NCBI GenBank assembly: GCA_030141605.1
Contig: JAQGDQ010000778.1
Span: forward strand, 1 to 64,000
DNA length: 64,000 nt
Direction: 5' to 3'
Origin: Tubiluchus corallicola
Taxonomy: Eukaryota; Animalia; Priapulida
The translations under genes and the position numbers were made by a program. Shown piece by piece: positions 11,286-27,200 of this stretch. Within the stretch, counting starts at the first letter, position 1. Every line of letters starts with the position of its first letter. A model generated the notes under the pieces. It searched no databases. It was not told the DNA's origin and saw nothing but the letters and a program-made list of their open reading frames with translations.

Positions 11286-13390
11286 ACAAGCAGTACCACA
11301 GGAAGAGCATCTTCGTCTGAAGAAACAATTTCGCGACCTGCAGAGGCGCCATCAAGAATTTCGCTCCATTCTCCTATCATCTGTTCCACTGAATGACACA
11401 TCCGTCACATTTCAACCGACTCCCATTGAAGCCAAAACTCCATGGTTTAGTTATGCGGAGCAGGTGAGGTTACCAAGTTACCAAAGATATTAAAGAAGTG
11501 AAGGCAGTGACATATTAGGGTTCTGCAGAATTAAGAAATGTGTATTTTTGAATACGGGAACCCAAATCTCTTTTTTTTGTTTTTTTTCTATACAGTATCA
11601 GAACCATACTATAACTGTGCCCTTAAAGGAAGAGAGTATAATTTTTATATACTACCCCATTTTCAAGTCCAATAAAAGTCTACATTTTAACACAACTAAT
11701 ACTGCAAAAGCATTTAATTAAATAATACATTAAAAACCTAATTGACCACGGGCGAGTCTAACTATTGATGACATCACAAACTACCAATTTTCAACAGCAA
11801 AAATGTTCCACGAGCGTCTTGCATGTGTTTGTGAAAGAGAAAATTGAAGTACAGTGCTACTGTAAGATACTCAATGCATTGTCCCAAAACTAGGGAAATT
11901 TTAAGATAAAAATTCAAATTTTAAATTTACCCTACAAACTTATAATTAATAAAAATAAGATCAAGAAATCGTGAGCTTCACGACAGGAAGCCTTTTTTCA
12001 ACTTCCTGTGTCAGTTCAAGCATGAATTTACAGTAAGTGAGAACTATGTTTGCAACAGAAAGTTTGCTTTCTTAATGAATTTTCAAGATTAAGATCTAAC
12101 TTCAGGCACTATGACTGACTATTTTTCAGGAACAGCAACACTTACAAGAATTAGAAGTCCTGCAAAGGCGGCTAGATGTTGTTGAGCAAAGGCAAGATAA
12201 ACAGGTAAAGTGCGTTAGAATCATTCCATAAGTTGCCATGATATAATATGTAAAATTTACTACTATCACCTCTATTTATTAACAACATGTTTAACAGCAA
12301 GGGGCAGTTTTTTAAGTGCTAAATTACCACTTTTACCCATTTTCCAAAATCGACACCATTAAGAACTGCTCAGACATTGTCATACATTTACCAGACGGTT
12401 TAGTCTAGTGGTAATGCATCTGCTTTCCGTCTGGGAGGTCGTGAGTTCGAACCAAAGACTTTAAAAATGGTACCTGCTGTTACCCTGCCTGACGAGTGGT
12501 ATTTAGGGTAAAAGTGGGGTAAAAATAGTCTCTGTTGTGTAGGTGTAGGTTGTTATTTACAGTCTGCGATAATAGCTCTTTGAGCTAATGTTAATTGTTG
12601 ACCCAAAAGCCGACTTTAAATAAAGATTATTATTATTATTATCACACTGTCAATAATGATGAGATTGTGTAGATAATTATGCTACTTAAAGGGAAATCAG
12701 TATTCATATGATCAATAATGAATTCATATTTTTGTGGTCTATTTTTTACTCATTGCTAACCAAACATAGCAATTATATGAAGAACTATAATAATTTTGCT
12801 ACTTTCACAATTTTCCTGTTATAGTGAATTCTTACAAGTCTTGACAAATTAAGCAAAAGCGATGTCTGAATTAACAATCTAACATTTAAGAATGACATGA
12901 AGTGATTATTTGGACTGTGTGGTGCCATGTTGGACGTTCATAATCTTCATGCATGTCGTGTATTTGAAAAAAGAAATACTGATGCCAATGTGACAACTTG
13001 AAACTTTAGATGAGGTTGCATATTGCATAATATTAATATAATATTAATGCACGGTACAAAGTTTAAGTACCCTCTCGAAAGGCCAAAAATAAAAATAATA
13101 ATAAGGCCAATGATAAAAAATTATTTTTCCTTAGTCCCTCTTCTTAAATTCTGAAAATCTAGTCCAGGCAAACGGACCTGTTTTCCAAGAATTGTAAAAA
13201 TCAGGGAACTATTATGTGGCTTATTAGTCTAGCTCCTGCTTTAGTATGCAAATGTTTTTTACAGGCTCAAGAACTGCGAGCAACACCAGTCCTACTCCCA
13301 ATGACTAGTATTAGTAGAGTAACGGTGGATACCAACATTCCGTCAGATGAGAAAGACCTTGCATATGTGGGAGAAGGCGACAGCTCCTGA
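11286..13390 (+). CDS. CEP83: CEP83 (CCDC41) centriole distal-appendage protein, last three coding exons; 5' part not found in the window
   Basis: Exons 11286-11463, 12130-12204 and 13265-13390 have AG/GT borders and consistent phases. The spliced product 'QAVPQEEHLRLKKQFRDLQRRHQEFRSILL...EQQHLQELEVLQRRLDVVEQRQDKQAQEL...*' resembles the vertebrate CEP83 C-terminus as I recall it ([21 protein letters not shown]...EEQHQRELSLLRKRLEELE). AATAAA at 13505-13510. Confidence 0.82.
12391..12642 (+). mobile_element. tRNA-derived SINE (degenerate)
   Basis: A-box-like TAGTCTAGTGG and B-box GAGTTCGAACC, body 'CCAAAGACTTTAAAAATGGTACC', and an (ATT)n tail. Confidence 0.55.
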
Positions 13391-15145
13391 CGCATCTTAC
13401 GAGCGCACTGAGTTTTTTTACTATAATTTATTTCCTCTTTTATACGATAGTCATTTACTTTTTATACACACATATTTTTACTTTAATTGGTTGTAACTCT
13501 GCTGAATAAAAAGTGACATTACAGAGATTGACTTTTTACTAAGAAAATGAAAAATAATAAATTACTAAAGTTCCAAAAATGTTTGTCTTCGTTAGAACCG
13601 TTTCTGTAGTTAGACGATTTATGCTAATGTTTTCATTTTTACTACATCACGCATTATCACACCAACGTGATCAGAGGTGAGATTACAGAAGTGGTGATTA
13701 CCTGGATGCAAAATGACAGGTTGACCTTGCTTGAAAACATCTTCCAATTTTATTTTTGTAAAACTGGTTGTTTGGATATGTGAAGGGATGCCCACCGTTG
13801 CTGACCAGTCATGGAAAACAATGGGAACTTCAGCCAACTGCTGTTAGAAGTTTCAAAAATATTAAATTTCTGATGCCAATTTGTGTTTATTGCGTGAATC
13901 TGACTCCTGGAAGCTTTGATTGTTCTCAGTAATGTCCGTGCTTGAGTTAACGTTGAAAAGCTAAAATTCATACATTGTTTCAGATTCAGGATTGCACAAA
14001 ATCAATAAAATGCAAATATTTTATATATTTTATAACAATTCTGCAAAGCATTACATAAAACAAGCATTACAGTACTTATCAAAATAAATCATAAAAAGTC
14101 AGAAAAGCAAGACTGGCGTTACATGGACAAATCAAAATGTATATCACAACAAGTTTGATATCGACATAAGCTTAAAAAGCAATGCAATACCAGTGCATTG
14201 CCATCAATACTTAACAAGCAAATTAAGGCTTTCATGCTGCCGTAATCTCGAGAAAATAACTCACAATAATGATCACAAACTCTCCAGCTGGTTTTCTTTA
14301 GAGCTAGCAATAATAACACACTATATGCGTTGAAAGCGATACTCATAGTTTAATTCTGTTTACTTATATTTAATCTATCAATTGACTCTATAGGTAGAGT
14401 TTATTAATTCCTGTTGGTTGTTTAAGACAACTAGAGCAACTGAGACATTTTAATGGGTATGATTTAATGAGAAAGCTATTTTATGGTGACATGAAAATCA
14501 GTGTTTGGTTACAGTAGTTCTGTCCAGTTTGAAAATGCTTTTTGCAAGCTTTGTACAGAAATTCCATAAACATACCAATGCTGGTCTCATGGTTTTTTTA
14601 ATCGTAATTCATGCCAAATCAGAAGGATCCTTCTCTGTCAAAGACTACAAATAGTGAATTATAATTTTCCCTATTTTCATACTACATAAAAGCTTCTGAG
14701 CTAAAATATACAGCTATGAGTCTTGGTTGGTATAGACTGGAACCCTAACTAACTTGAATGGATTTACTGAGCTCTAGTAATCAAAACTGTAACACACTAC
14801 AATCCTAATCACATGCATAATAGCAGCAAATGCAAATGTCGGAAAAAAACTTAATAAGCAAACTGTATTCTTCATTCCGCAAAGTTGTGACCAACTCTGA
14901 CCACCACAGCTACTTGTGGAGTCAAAAATTTTATTCTGGCCAGTGTCATCTAGCAACAACTTTATTACTGGCTGTTGTTGAATGAACTAGTTTTTCTGGT
15001 GTTGATATTTGTCCGACTAAACACTGCCTTATGAAGTTTGTTGTACATTTTTACTGACTTTCTTGAAAATATTGCCAAAATTTGATAAAGGTCAGTTGAA
15101 CATGGTCAGCATATCGTGGCATAATAAATATTCCATTTTTGTTAG

Positions 15146-16906
<1,761 letters not shown>

Positions 16907-19900
16907 TTATTGGCTAATGGAAATTTGTTGCATTTAGGCTCCATTCATTTATCATTCACAATAAAACTTTGTTATAACACCAACCTCACCACAACACCAC
17001 TTTTTGCCCTGTTCCTGTCTCTGTAGTGCATTACTAAAAATACAGAATCCGAGAATACTACCATCTACCAATGCAGAGGCACTAACAGAAACTTTACAGT
17101 TTGCTATACCAAGTGTAAAACCACTAGCTGCTAAAAGCAGTTCAAAATTCAATAACGTTTCTACAATAACAATTAAAACAATTGCTTGTAATAAAAAACA
17201 ATTATAGTTAATTAAAAAGGTAAATATTACAGTTTATATTGCTAAACAAAACAATATTCATCATAAATATTACATTAGTAATACAGCTGCTATTTGGCCA
17301 TCACAACTCAAGGTACAATGGAGCAGCAACAGACTACACTATACAACTGGTTACCAATCACTGGTAAATATCTGCCAGTGTCCTGGGTAGTTTAGGTGGT
17401 TCTTTTTTAACGCACTCTCACATCGCACAAATCAATAATAACACTGAAAGCAAGGCTCCAAAAGAAAGATGCATCCTTTATCTGCACACTGATGTAAAGA
17501 AAATGACGAACTACGCCATATTTTTGAAAAAAAAAATTTTTTCAAAAGTTGGTGTAGCAACCATCAAAATTATTTTTTTCATGACGCACAAATACCAAAT
17601 ACTCCCGCTTGTTGTAAAATTTTTCTGGAAAACAAAACTGCATTATAACCCAATACTGCAGTACATCAGTGTCACGCTTCAACCCGTATTTAACTTAGAA
17701 AAGTTTCAATGTAAATTAATACTTGCAGCAGTTACCTTAACCTGCCCAGTATCAACCACAATTTTGCACACAAGCACACCCAGTAAATGAGTCCAGCAGG
17801 TTCGTACACTGCTCCCTGCAAAACTACCACCAGGCACTAACGTATACAAACTCATACGTATACTGTACTTTGTTACTGTTTTAACATCCACCACGATGGT
17901 GACGCAATTCGGTGAACTGATAATATTTCGCATTCTCTGCACGCATAACTGTGGAATGACGGGTTATATCTTATTAGTTTATTACTACCATTACCAATTT
18001 ACCATTATACGTTTCACTTTTTACCGATTGGCACTTTGTCTTATAACTGCAGAACAGGTACTTATTACCTTTATTTGAGGTTCTTAGTTAAGGAATTTTT
18101 TGCCAAAATATTGTTTTCCTGGTTGTAGTTAAAGATTTGAAGCTGAAGTCTAAAACATCACCTGCCTCTAGAATAACGTTAAAATACAATACGTTCAAAA
18201 ACAAATTGCTTGCAAGAATTCTACTTTTTTACCTGAATGTATTCATAATCATTCCGTCTTTCTACTATGTTGCGTTACATTGTTTGCATTTCCCGGGTTT
18301 GTAAAGAATTGCAGATAATAATTATCATGTTCTTGCCAGTTGCCATTACATCCCCGTTTTATCTCATACATGCGCATACTATGACTTTTGCTACTTTCTG
18401 TTCATTGCAATGTTTGATTCCAATCGCAGGTCGAACGTTTAATAATTAGACTGTCAATTTGTAGAACTGCCTTTTAGGACTATCATCTGTAATCGTGCAA
18501 TGAACATATCGCCATGTTTCTGGGTTAGGAAATATCCTGCCATCTCTTGCTGATCAAACATTTAATGTAAGATGCCTAATGCCACATGAATAATGCTTAT
18601 GGAATTTATGCTGCTTTTAGTTTCAGAAATTTTCTTTATCAGTTTTTAAACACTAACCTATTTACTGGAAATACTCATCTTGCAGTGGATTAACATTTCA
18701 ATGCCTTGCATCGTTAAATATATCTGTCTTGTTAATTAAATTTTGAAAATGTAGTCTATATATATTTTGTTAATAAAATGGACACTATGAATTGTAACAA
18801 TTTGTTAAATTTTGTTTTGCAGAAAAGTTAGCATCAAAAATACGATTAAAAGCAGTTCATGGCATTACAGTAAAGGCTAATAATTTTATTTCTTTTTATA
18901 TAAAATTTAATTTAGTATTAAAAAATCATAACATAATACAATGTAAATAAAATATCTACTATTATACGAATTTCAAGCGGTGATTTGTCATTGTGCTGCC
19001 CATTTCAACTTCATCACATTAAATTAACTTTCATTGCATTATTTCTATAATTTTGTTAGTTTAATATAAATGTCTAAAATATTTTCAAGAGTAATCACAT
19101 TTCTTGCAAAGGGTTGTCAACCTTACTAAAATACAAATTACACAGTTAACAGAACTCAATAATTATAATACAACTTAGAAACTTGTAATAAAAGAGACAT
19201 AAACATTGACTATAATGTTAGTTTAGAGACCTCATGTAATTGGCATAGACCAAAAAGCATAACTAATAACTGCTTAACTAATTCATCAATTGATTACCTA
19301 ACTAAATTTTAATGCTGACTGCTTAATTCATTGTCTGACTGACCAAACTGGTCAAAGTAAGTGACAGGCTTAATTGAATGACAATTGCTCACAGACTGCG
19401 CATCTTGACTACTCCTGGTTGACTGAATACCATATTCACAGATGGAAGGTTCATTGACAGAGTGATGAATCAACTGATTAATTTGTTGCCTGATTGACAG
19501 ACTAAATGACAGTATATACCATCTGACTAACTAACATTAACAATAAAATATTGATTTCCCAAGAAATTAATAACAAGGAAGCTGCTGTGTTAATAATTAA
19601 CTGACTTAATGGATGACTAGATGTAGAAGACAATTAGATGGATGGTCACCAACTTGCCCAAAATTGACTACATGTCTGACTGATTAGTTCAATGACAGAC
19701 TATAGACGGCTTAACTAACAGACTGATTAACATTTTAGTGTACACCTTAGTGCCAGCGCCAGAAACATACAGCCATTTTTATGAATGTGTAGACTGTAAC
19801 TATATTCAACAACTGCCAGTAATTCTCAGACAGGCCTACAATTCAAAATCTGCATTGCCCGGGACCATACAAAGCAAGAGAACTTGTATGCAAAATAAAC

Positions 19901-20454
19901 ACGCCAATCTAGAAAGCAGGCATGTTGTTAACAAATAACAACTTGCTAAAACAAATAGCAAACTACGCCTTCCCGAGTCCGCACTTATAAAACGCGAGAA
20001 TCAGTAGTAGCATACATAATCAATCGATTACGATACACGTATGACAAATAAAACTTCGCGCTGTGCCAAAGAGAACCTTACAGTCATGCATTATTAACAC
20101 ACAAAGTACCAGAAAGGCGTTTCAAGTGGAATTCCACCCACGACCACAAAACCATAATGTAAGTGTTTATGAATAGAAGTGAGCACTAAACATTCAAGCA
20201 GTTCACATTCCTCTGAGCATGCCCTGAAAATTTATCTAGTTTGAAGACATTCACAACGAAGTTTTTACTTTCTGCAGTTTTTATCTAAGATTGGCTGATT
20301 TAATGACCAATTTAGTAAAGAGAAATATTGACAAACCTGTCACATTGAGCATTTAGCTCTTCTCAGTTCTCAAATGCAGAGCTGATCAGATGCACTAAGT
20401 TATAGAATACATTTTGTAAATGTTAATAGTGGCTATAGTAAAAGTGAAGCTTAA

Positions 20455-21115
20455 AGGACAAGAAAAGGGGCACCTGAAGTAGGTTTCAGAAAAATCGCCT
20501 TAAAAAATTATACTACTTTACATCAATTTTATGCACATCGTATTCGTGTTGAAAGGAATTTTCGTTTGTTTTCATTTTAAATCTCCTGCAATACTGTTCC
20601 GACGGCGCCATTACATGACGTCGCTAAAACACGTAAATCGGGGGAAGAAAAGGCAATGTTAAATTACGACCTAAAAAACTTTTCGTGCGAACTATATTAC
20701 TTAGCATTTCATTTACCTGCTGGAAAAGCTTATATAACTAGACTAATAATTTAAAATGTTTGTGCCAGTTGGTAAAATGTCGCTGACGCACCAGAGTGTG
20801 CCACTCACTAACCAAAAACGTATTTTTAATCTTATTGACAAGATACATTAATTTTAAATTTTATTTAGTTAGCAACATGTATGCTACGAATGTTCTGATT
20901 ATTTTTTCAAATTTTACTCAATGTTATAAAAACTTGTTTCAAACGACTACCACTAAAATGGCTGCACCTAACGGTCATCGTGGGAGTTTAAATTTACACG
21001 TTATACAACATGACGGCCGATGCAAGCCATGCATACGAAAAGGTAGTATGTAAGTAGTATAAAATTTCGAGACGAATTTTTTAAGCTTTATGTAAGTGGA
21101 GGGTTTTCTTGTGCT
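20455..21115 (+). mobile_element. Kolobok-like non-autonomous DNA transposon, copy 1 of 3
   Basis: TTAA|AGGACAAGAAAA...TTTTCTTGTGCT|TTAC; ~660 bp, homologous to 53827-54488 and 63164-63807. Confidence 0.8.
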
Positions 21116-21221
21116 TTACATAAAAAATGTACTGAGCAAAGTTATCAAACTTAGTATATGAATATCTAAGCTCAGTAACATTTTAACATTGTCAACAAGA
21201 ACACACCAACACAGTTCCTTA

Positions 21222-24200
21222 TCAATCTTGCAAAAAATCCCAACTTTGTTGATTCTGTTCATCTACTATTTCACTGTCTATACGAAAAGTGCTAATCAAT
21301 TGCGTTACGTGATTTTTTACCACTTCGTTGTCTTTTAACAACTTAATAGTTTGTTTGGAAGAAGTGGTAAAGAATTCATTCGATGTGATACTATTTGTGT
21401 TGCTTTGGCAAGACACAGCTGTCTCATTGTTTATTGTGCCAGTTGCACTGCTCACCGTCGACACAGTGGACGCACTAGCAACGCTACTTTCATGGGCTTT
21501 CTGTACAAGTGTTGCTGCGTCAGGCTCTGCTGCCACTCTTTCTTCACTTTTCTTAGCAGCCTGACATTTGTCCCAGAACAAGCCCCAGATGTCTTGCTGT
21601 CTTTCTCTCTGGTACTCGTCTATTTTAACCATCACTTTCTCAATTCCAGTAGCTGCCGCCTCGAGCTTAGACTTGTTGTTGATCATGGCGTTTCTACAGG
21701 CGACCATATTTATCAATTGCTGATGAATCTTTGAGGAGCCTTCCTGCCAGTTATTTATGCAACATGTCAAGGAACGCACAATATCATTGCTTGGCACCAT
21801 GCGAGTGCCACGCTCTTCTTTTGGAATGTTGCGTAGAGCATGAAACAAGGTGGATGCACTGTCCTTGCATCCTTTTGCGCAATCGATGATAACTTGGTGT
21901 TCAGCAACAACATGTTGAAAACTTTTGCACTCTTTTCTTAGCCTGTCTACATCATTACGAACCTGCTTTAGGCTGTTCGTTTGTTCTTCTAATTGGTTCA
22001 ACTCGATGCGCCTACATTCCCATTTCTCAGAAAGACCAGCTAATACGCTATCACCGTGTTCTCGCGCTTGGGATACGTCTACGGCGGCGATGCTCAGAAA
22101 AAAGTCTAACTTTGCTTTGAGCATGCGCTGCCTGTCCAAAACGTCATTAAACAGCTGAAAGAAACTTGCACTAAACGCAGTAATGCCTTGTGTGACGGCA
22201 TTCTCTCCCTTGACTAGTGACGCCAGATTTTCAAATTTTTCTTCACAAAATATGATACTATTAGCCCAGTAGCGTTTCGCTTCACTGTACTTAATTATGG
22301 ACCTTGCATTGTTCATCAGCCGCTTGACAGTATCTGGAATGTGCACACTGGAAGGCAAGCGATAATCTACAATGTTTGATGATATTAAGTACAGAATTTG
22401 TTCGTTGTCAAGTGTACTACAAACAGGTGAAACCAGCTGATTTTCGGCAAGTACATTTCCTGTCATATCAATTAGCACCTGCTTACTACACTCAATTCCA
22501 CAATCTTGCGCAAGAAAGTTGCACACGTGGGACAGAGTCATGTCACCTTCCACAAAATATTCGTGTACTTTATTAGTAGTCAAGTTGTGAACGCGCACTA
22601 TGTTTTGCGCAATAATGTTATCTAACGCCTGATAACATGTTGGCCGATGAGTTGTGCCAATGCTGGAACAACCTCGTCGCGCAGGATTCAGATCAAGCAT
22701 TAGCTGAAACCACATCTCAAACATCTCAATTAATTTTTTAGGCAGGTGATTTAGAAAAACAATCTTTTCAGCCATTACAATCTCCCCATTTTGGCTTTTA
22801 TACGCGCAAATATGCTTTTGAGTCTTTTTGGTTATCTCTGAATGCCACTGAACCAATGGAAGAGCTGGCAAAAATGGTCGCTGGCCAGTGATGACTTCAA
22901 AAATTGTCAGACCAAGACTCCAGTAGTCAACACTGTTAGTGTAGGGTTTCTGGCCTGTTAAAAAATAGAAATTAGCAGCTTAATTACAGATAATACTAAC
23001 AGCCTCGAGTTCTCTAATTACAAGAGAGAAGCAATTAATCTGTCAAGTGCAAATGGTACAAACTTGTCAATTTTATACATGACATCAGGTTATAAATCAA
23101 TTCATTCATGCAGAGGGATATCGACATAGCAAAATCGTCCACAAGTCGGCAGATAAGCTTTTCAAGATATTCGAATACCCTGAATCTCCATTTCATGAGG
23201 ATCATTTTGTTACCAAGCTCATTGCTCTACGTTATTTCTAAGCTGAAATAATTCACTTTGAAGTTGAGGTGCAGGGTATGCACTGAAAAACATGACCTTG
23301 AGAAAATCGCTGTTAAAATTAGCCATTGTTTTTGTCATATTTCTACAAAACACTTAGCAACTGCACAAATGTTGGTTGGTACGGACTTTGCAAGAGCACA
23401 TTGAAGTTACGTTTGAATCCAGTAGATGGCTGTTCCTGACGAAGATCTGGGCTTGGCAGGAGAAAAAACCCAAAGCAAAATGACTGCTTCCATGAGCTAT
23501 AATCAGAGGTTAAAAATATGAGTTTTTTACAATTGGCGTACTGGTTTCTAGCCAGAAAAGTGGGTAAAGGTTAAAAAAATTAGATTTTTGTTATTTTTTT
23601 GAATATTTCCTGAGTAGGCAATTTGGTGCTAGAATATATTTTTAGCATTTGTTTTTATAAAAAACAAAAAATTGACATTTGACCAAATTTGTGGTGCATT
23701 CTACTTTGAAGCAGCATCATAGCACGGTTTTAACTATGCCAAATTGTGGACGGTTTTGGTTTGCTAGCACACATATATGATCATTTGTATAACATTTGGC
23801 TACTAGCTATTACAGGCTAGCTAAGCATGGCTGCCAGTCAGACGTGCAAATCAACAATTGTTTGAGTGGATTACCTTAACAAACAAGATTTTTACACAAT
23901 TCTGCAAGCTGGAATCCAGCAGTCAATGGCAGTGCACTAAATCTCTCAATAAAGATTATCATGGCAAAACTGGATATGAATAATCCTCTCTCAACAGGAA
24001 AATACATACACACAACTGATCCTCCCAAACCATACCATATCTATCACACACTCTCTAATTTACGACATTTTACAAAAATCTAAACAATCACAACTTCGTA
24101 GAGAAACAAACAAATAACAACATGCAAACAAGTTTTTGGTGTGGATAATAAGTTTTTATACCTGCTAATAGTTCAGGGGCAAGATAATGCAATGTTCCCA

Positions 24201-27200
24201 CAAATGAATTACATAAGCTGCCACCGTCAAGCCTTTTTGCATATCCAAGATCAATCAGCTTGTATGTAATGTTATCACTTTCTGTCGACTAAAAAAATGA
24301 AACTTATCACTAAAAATATTAAAAGTTCACAAATTACTTGTTATTTGTATTGGCAACATGACAACGACAAACCTGATATAAAAGCCTGTTGAATAATTTG
24401 TTAATCAGAGTAAAAATTTCAATGTAATTTAAGATTTACTATTCTGCTCTAAAGATATTACAGATTATTAAGAAAATATCAAAAAAATGTTGTGCATTCG
24501 GACGTCTATAGGAGTAAGTAAGCAAAAAAAAATTTTTTTAGGAGCAACGAACAGCAGCATAACTGAATCTTCGCTACTTTCTACAGTCGGGCTACAGATG
24601 TAGAACTTTAAAGCTTAATCATTGTCAACCTTTTTTATCAAACGATTTTAGGATTCTGGAAAACCCGTATAAATGCACATCTCATTTGCATATCTTGCCT
24701 GGACCAATTACCTTGTTTTTACTCATCCTGAAGCTTATTGAAGCCACAATTTCCCTTGGCAATTTTCGATTTTTCAATTACAAAAACACAAAGAAAGTCC
24801 TCCCAATGGATTATAAAGCAGAGGGATTCAGAAGCCAAATATGCTGCTGGGAAGACTTGAATCATTTTGTTTTCTGCCATAGTTTCAAGCAGTTGTAGAT
24901 GACAATAATCACAGTTATCAAATGCCACCCAAGCGTATTAATATGATCACACATTTTAAACTTCAGTACATTTGAAATATATCAACTGGGGTCGAGCCTA
25001 AAGCTGCCATAAAGCAGCATTTTTGTGTTAGCTGTTAGCACATGACAGCCCTTATAGTTGTGTATGGTGGCATCTCATTTGATCTAGAATTCTATACTGT
25101 TTACAGTAGCAGAGAATATTCAGTTCCAGTTTAAAGTTCTTCCTCTGATTCAAATTTCTCCTCTAGACAAGTTTTGATAACTTAGAACAAATGTAGTTTA
25201 TTTGACTTTTTAACATTCTAAACTTGAAGTCCGTCTTACATGTGAAGAGCAACTTAGATGTCTAAAATAAATTTCTCATAACCTTTTTGGACTCCATCAG
25301 TTGAGAAACTCAGCAAGAGTGACTCCTAGGTGATACCGCATTAAGTTTATTTCATTATGGTCACCATTGTTCTGCATCTGTCTAGCGTTCGCTCCCACTA
25401 GGGGAGAACATGTATCAGTTGTAAAACTGTCTGTTGCAAAACTAGCATATGTTACATCTTCAATAAATTATGTTTAACCATTTCAGTCCCAAATTATTTT
25501 TTTAATAAGAAAAAATTTTTTGCTTGGTACTTTTGTTCAGTGTGTCCATCTTGTTTACACATAAAAATTATTTTTTCTACCTGTGCCCGCGTGCTAAATA
25601 TGGCCTGTATACCATTTTGCTTCATTTTGCAATTGCTGATAATTTGTTTAAAGTATTTAAGACATTTAGTATGCATGCTATGCTGATCTGTACAAAGTCG
25701 TCTCTAAAGTACTGTACCTTGCACAGTTTTTTTATGCTATTTAGATTTTCTAGTTTGCCATTTTATCACCATTTTTAGTTTATTGTTATTGACATAAATC
25801 AAAATAACTATTAACAGATCAAATAACTGTCAGTTTTAAAATTTTATTAATTTTAAAGAAAGAAAATATTGTCGTATCCCACGGGATACAACGGGTATGA
25901 AAGGGTAAAACCAAGTTTATTTCGTTCAGGCATCATTCATGTGCAGAATTATCATCACTTGCTTTAGCAATTATTGAACCCAGTACCTGTAGTACAATGT
26001 TTTCTGGCTTCAAGTCTCTATGCACAATTCTTTTTTGATGAAGATACTCCACAGCAGCAGATGTGTGTGCAGCAATTCTCAGCACTTGACGTCGTCTCAG
26101 TCCATAGCAATTCTCTGGCTGATTTAAAACTTTTCTGAGGTCGCCACCTGAAATTATAATTAGAAAAATGATAAAACTTTGAAAATACATGTTAAATTTT
26201 ACCAGAAAAGAAACAAAGCAATAGAAAAAAAAATTACGAAAAGAAAATTTCTTGTTGACAAACCACTGTAGCATTAAGACTTTTCATTTTCAGTTAGCTC
26301 TGTGTGTTCCTTGTTGTTATTGTTTAAAGGAAAACTCAATCTTAAACTGTCGGCCAAAACAATCTACTCTTGACAATATTGAAAGGAAACACTATTTTTT
26401 AAGAATGATTTGTGCGAAAGAATCATCACTACACAAACGCAATTTTGCGTTCGCGACACTTCTTGTTTGTTACATGCATTTTATGATTTACTAATTAGAT
26501 GGGCACTAGCACATGCAATTTGGAAACGCATTGCACAAAAAACAGGTTCTGTATCTCTCAGTTCAGATGTGTTCACATGTGACTTACTGCACACATTTGA
26601 CATTTCATGCATGACCACAGCGGTAAATTTGAAAATTGAATTTTTATCTTAAAACTTGACGAGTTTTAGTACCATATGCTGAATCTTTTACAGTAGCACT
26701 GTGCTTCAATCTTCGCTTCACAAACACGTGCAACATGCTGATGGAATATTTTTGGTGTTGAAAATTATGTTTGTTTGTGATGTCATCAATAGTTGGGCTC
26801 GCACGCCATTAATCAAGTTTTTAATCTATTATTTAACTATCAGAAACACTTTTCCAGTATTACTGGTGTTACGTATGTATGTATGTATCTATGAAAAATC
26901 ATCTTGTCCTTCTCTAAACAACAATAAAGCAAGTAAAAATAGAATGAAAACAATGTCACTTCGACTAGTTTTAGGAAAGTCATTTGTGAAAACTAAAAAT
27001 TTGCAGCATTCTGCGGGCAAAAAAATAAAAATTTGTAGCATTCTGTGTGCAAAAAATAAAAATTTGTAGCATTCTGCGGGCAAGAAATAAAAATTTGTAG
27101 CATTCTGTGTGCAAAAAAAATAAAAATTTGCAGCATTCTGTGTGCAAAAAATAAAAATTTGTAGCATTCTGCGGGCAAGAAATAAAAATTTGTAGCATTC

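Noticed and set aside
13619-13971. Two short minus-strand ORFs between CEP83 and RCBTB1
   Set aside because: No recognisable domain or convincing splice structure; probably RCBTB1 3' UTR or intergenic.
20796-21053. ORFs containing 'MAAPNGHRGSLNLHV' repeated at 54251 and 63468
   Set aside because: These are chance frames within copies of the same non-coding MITE.
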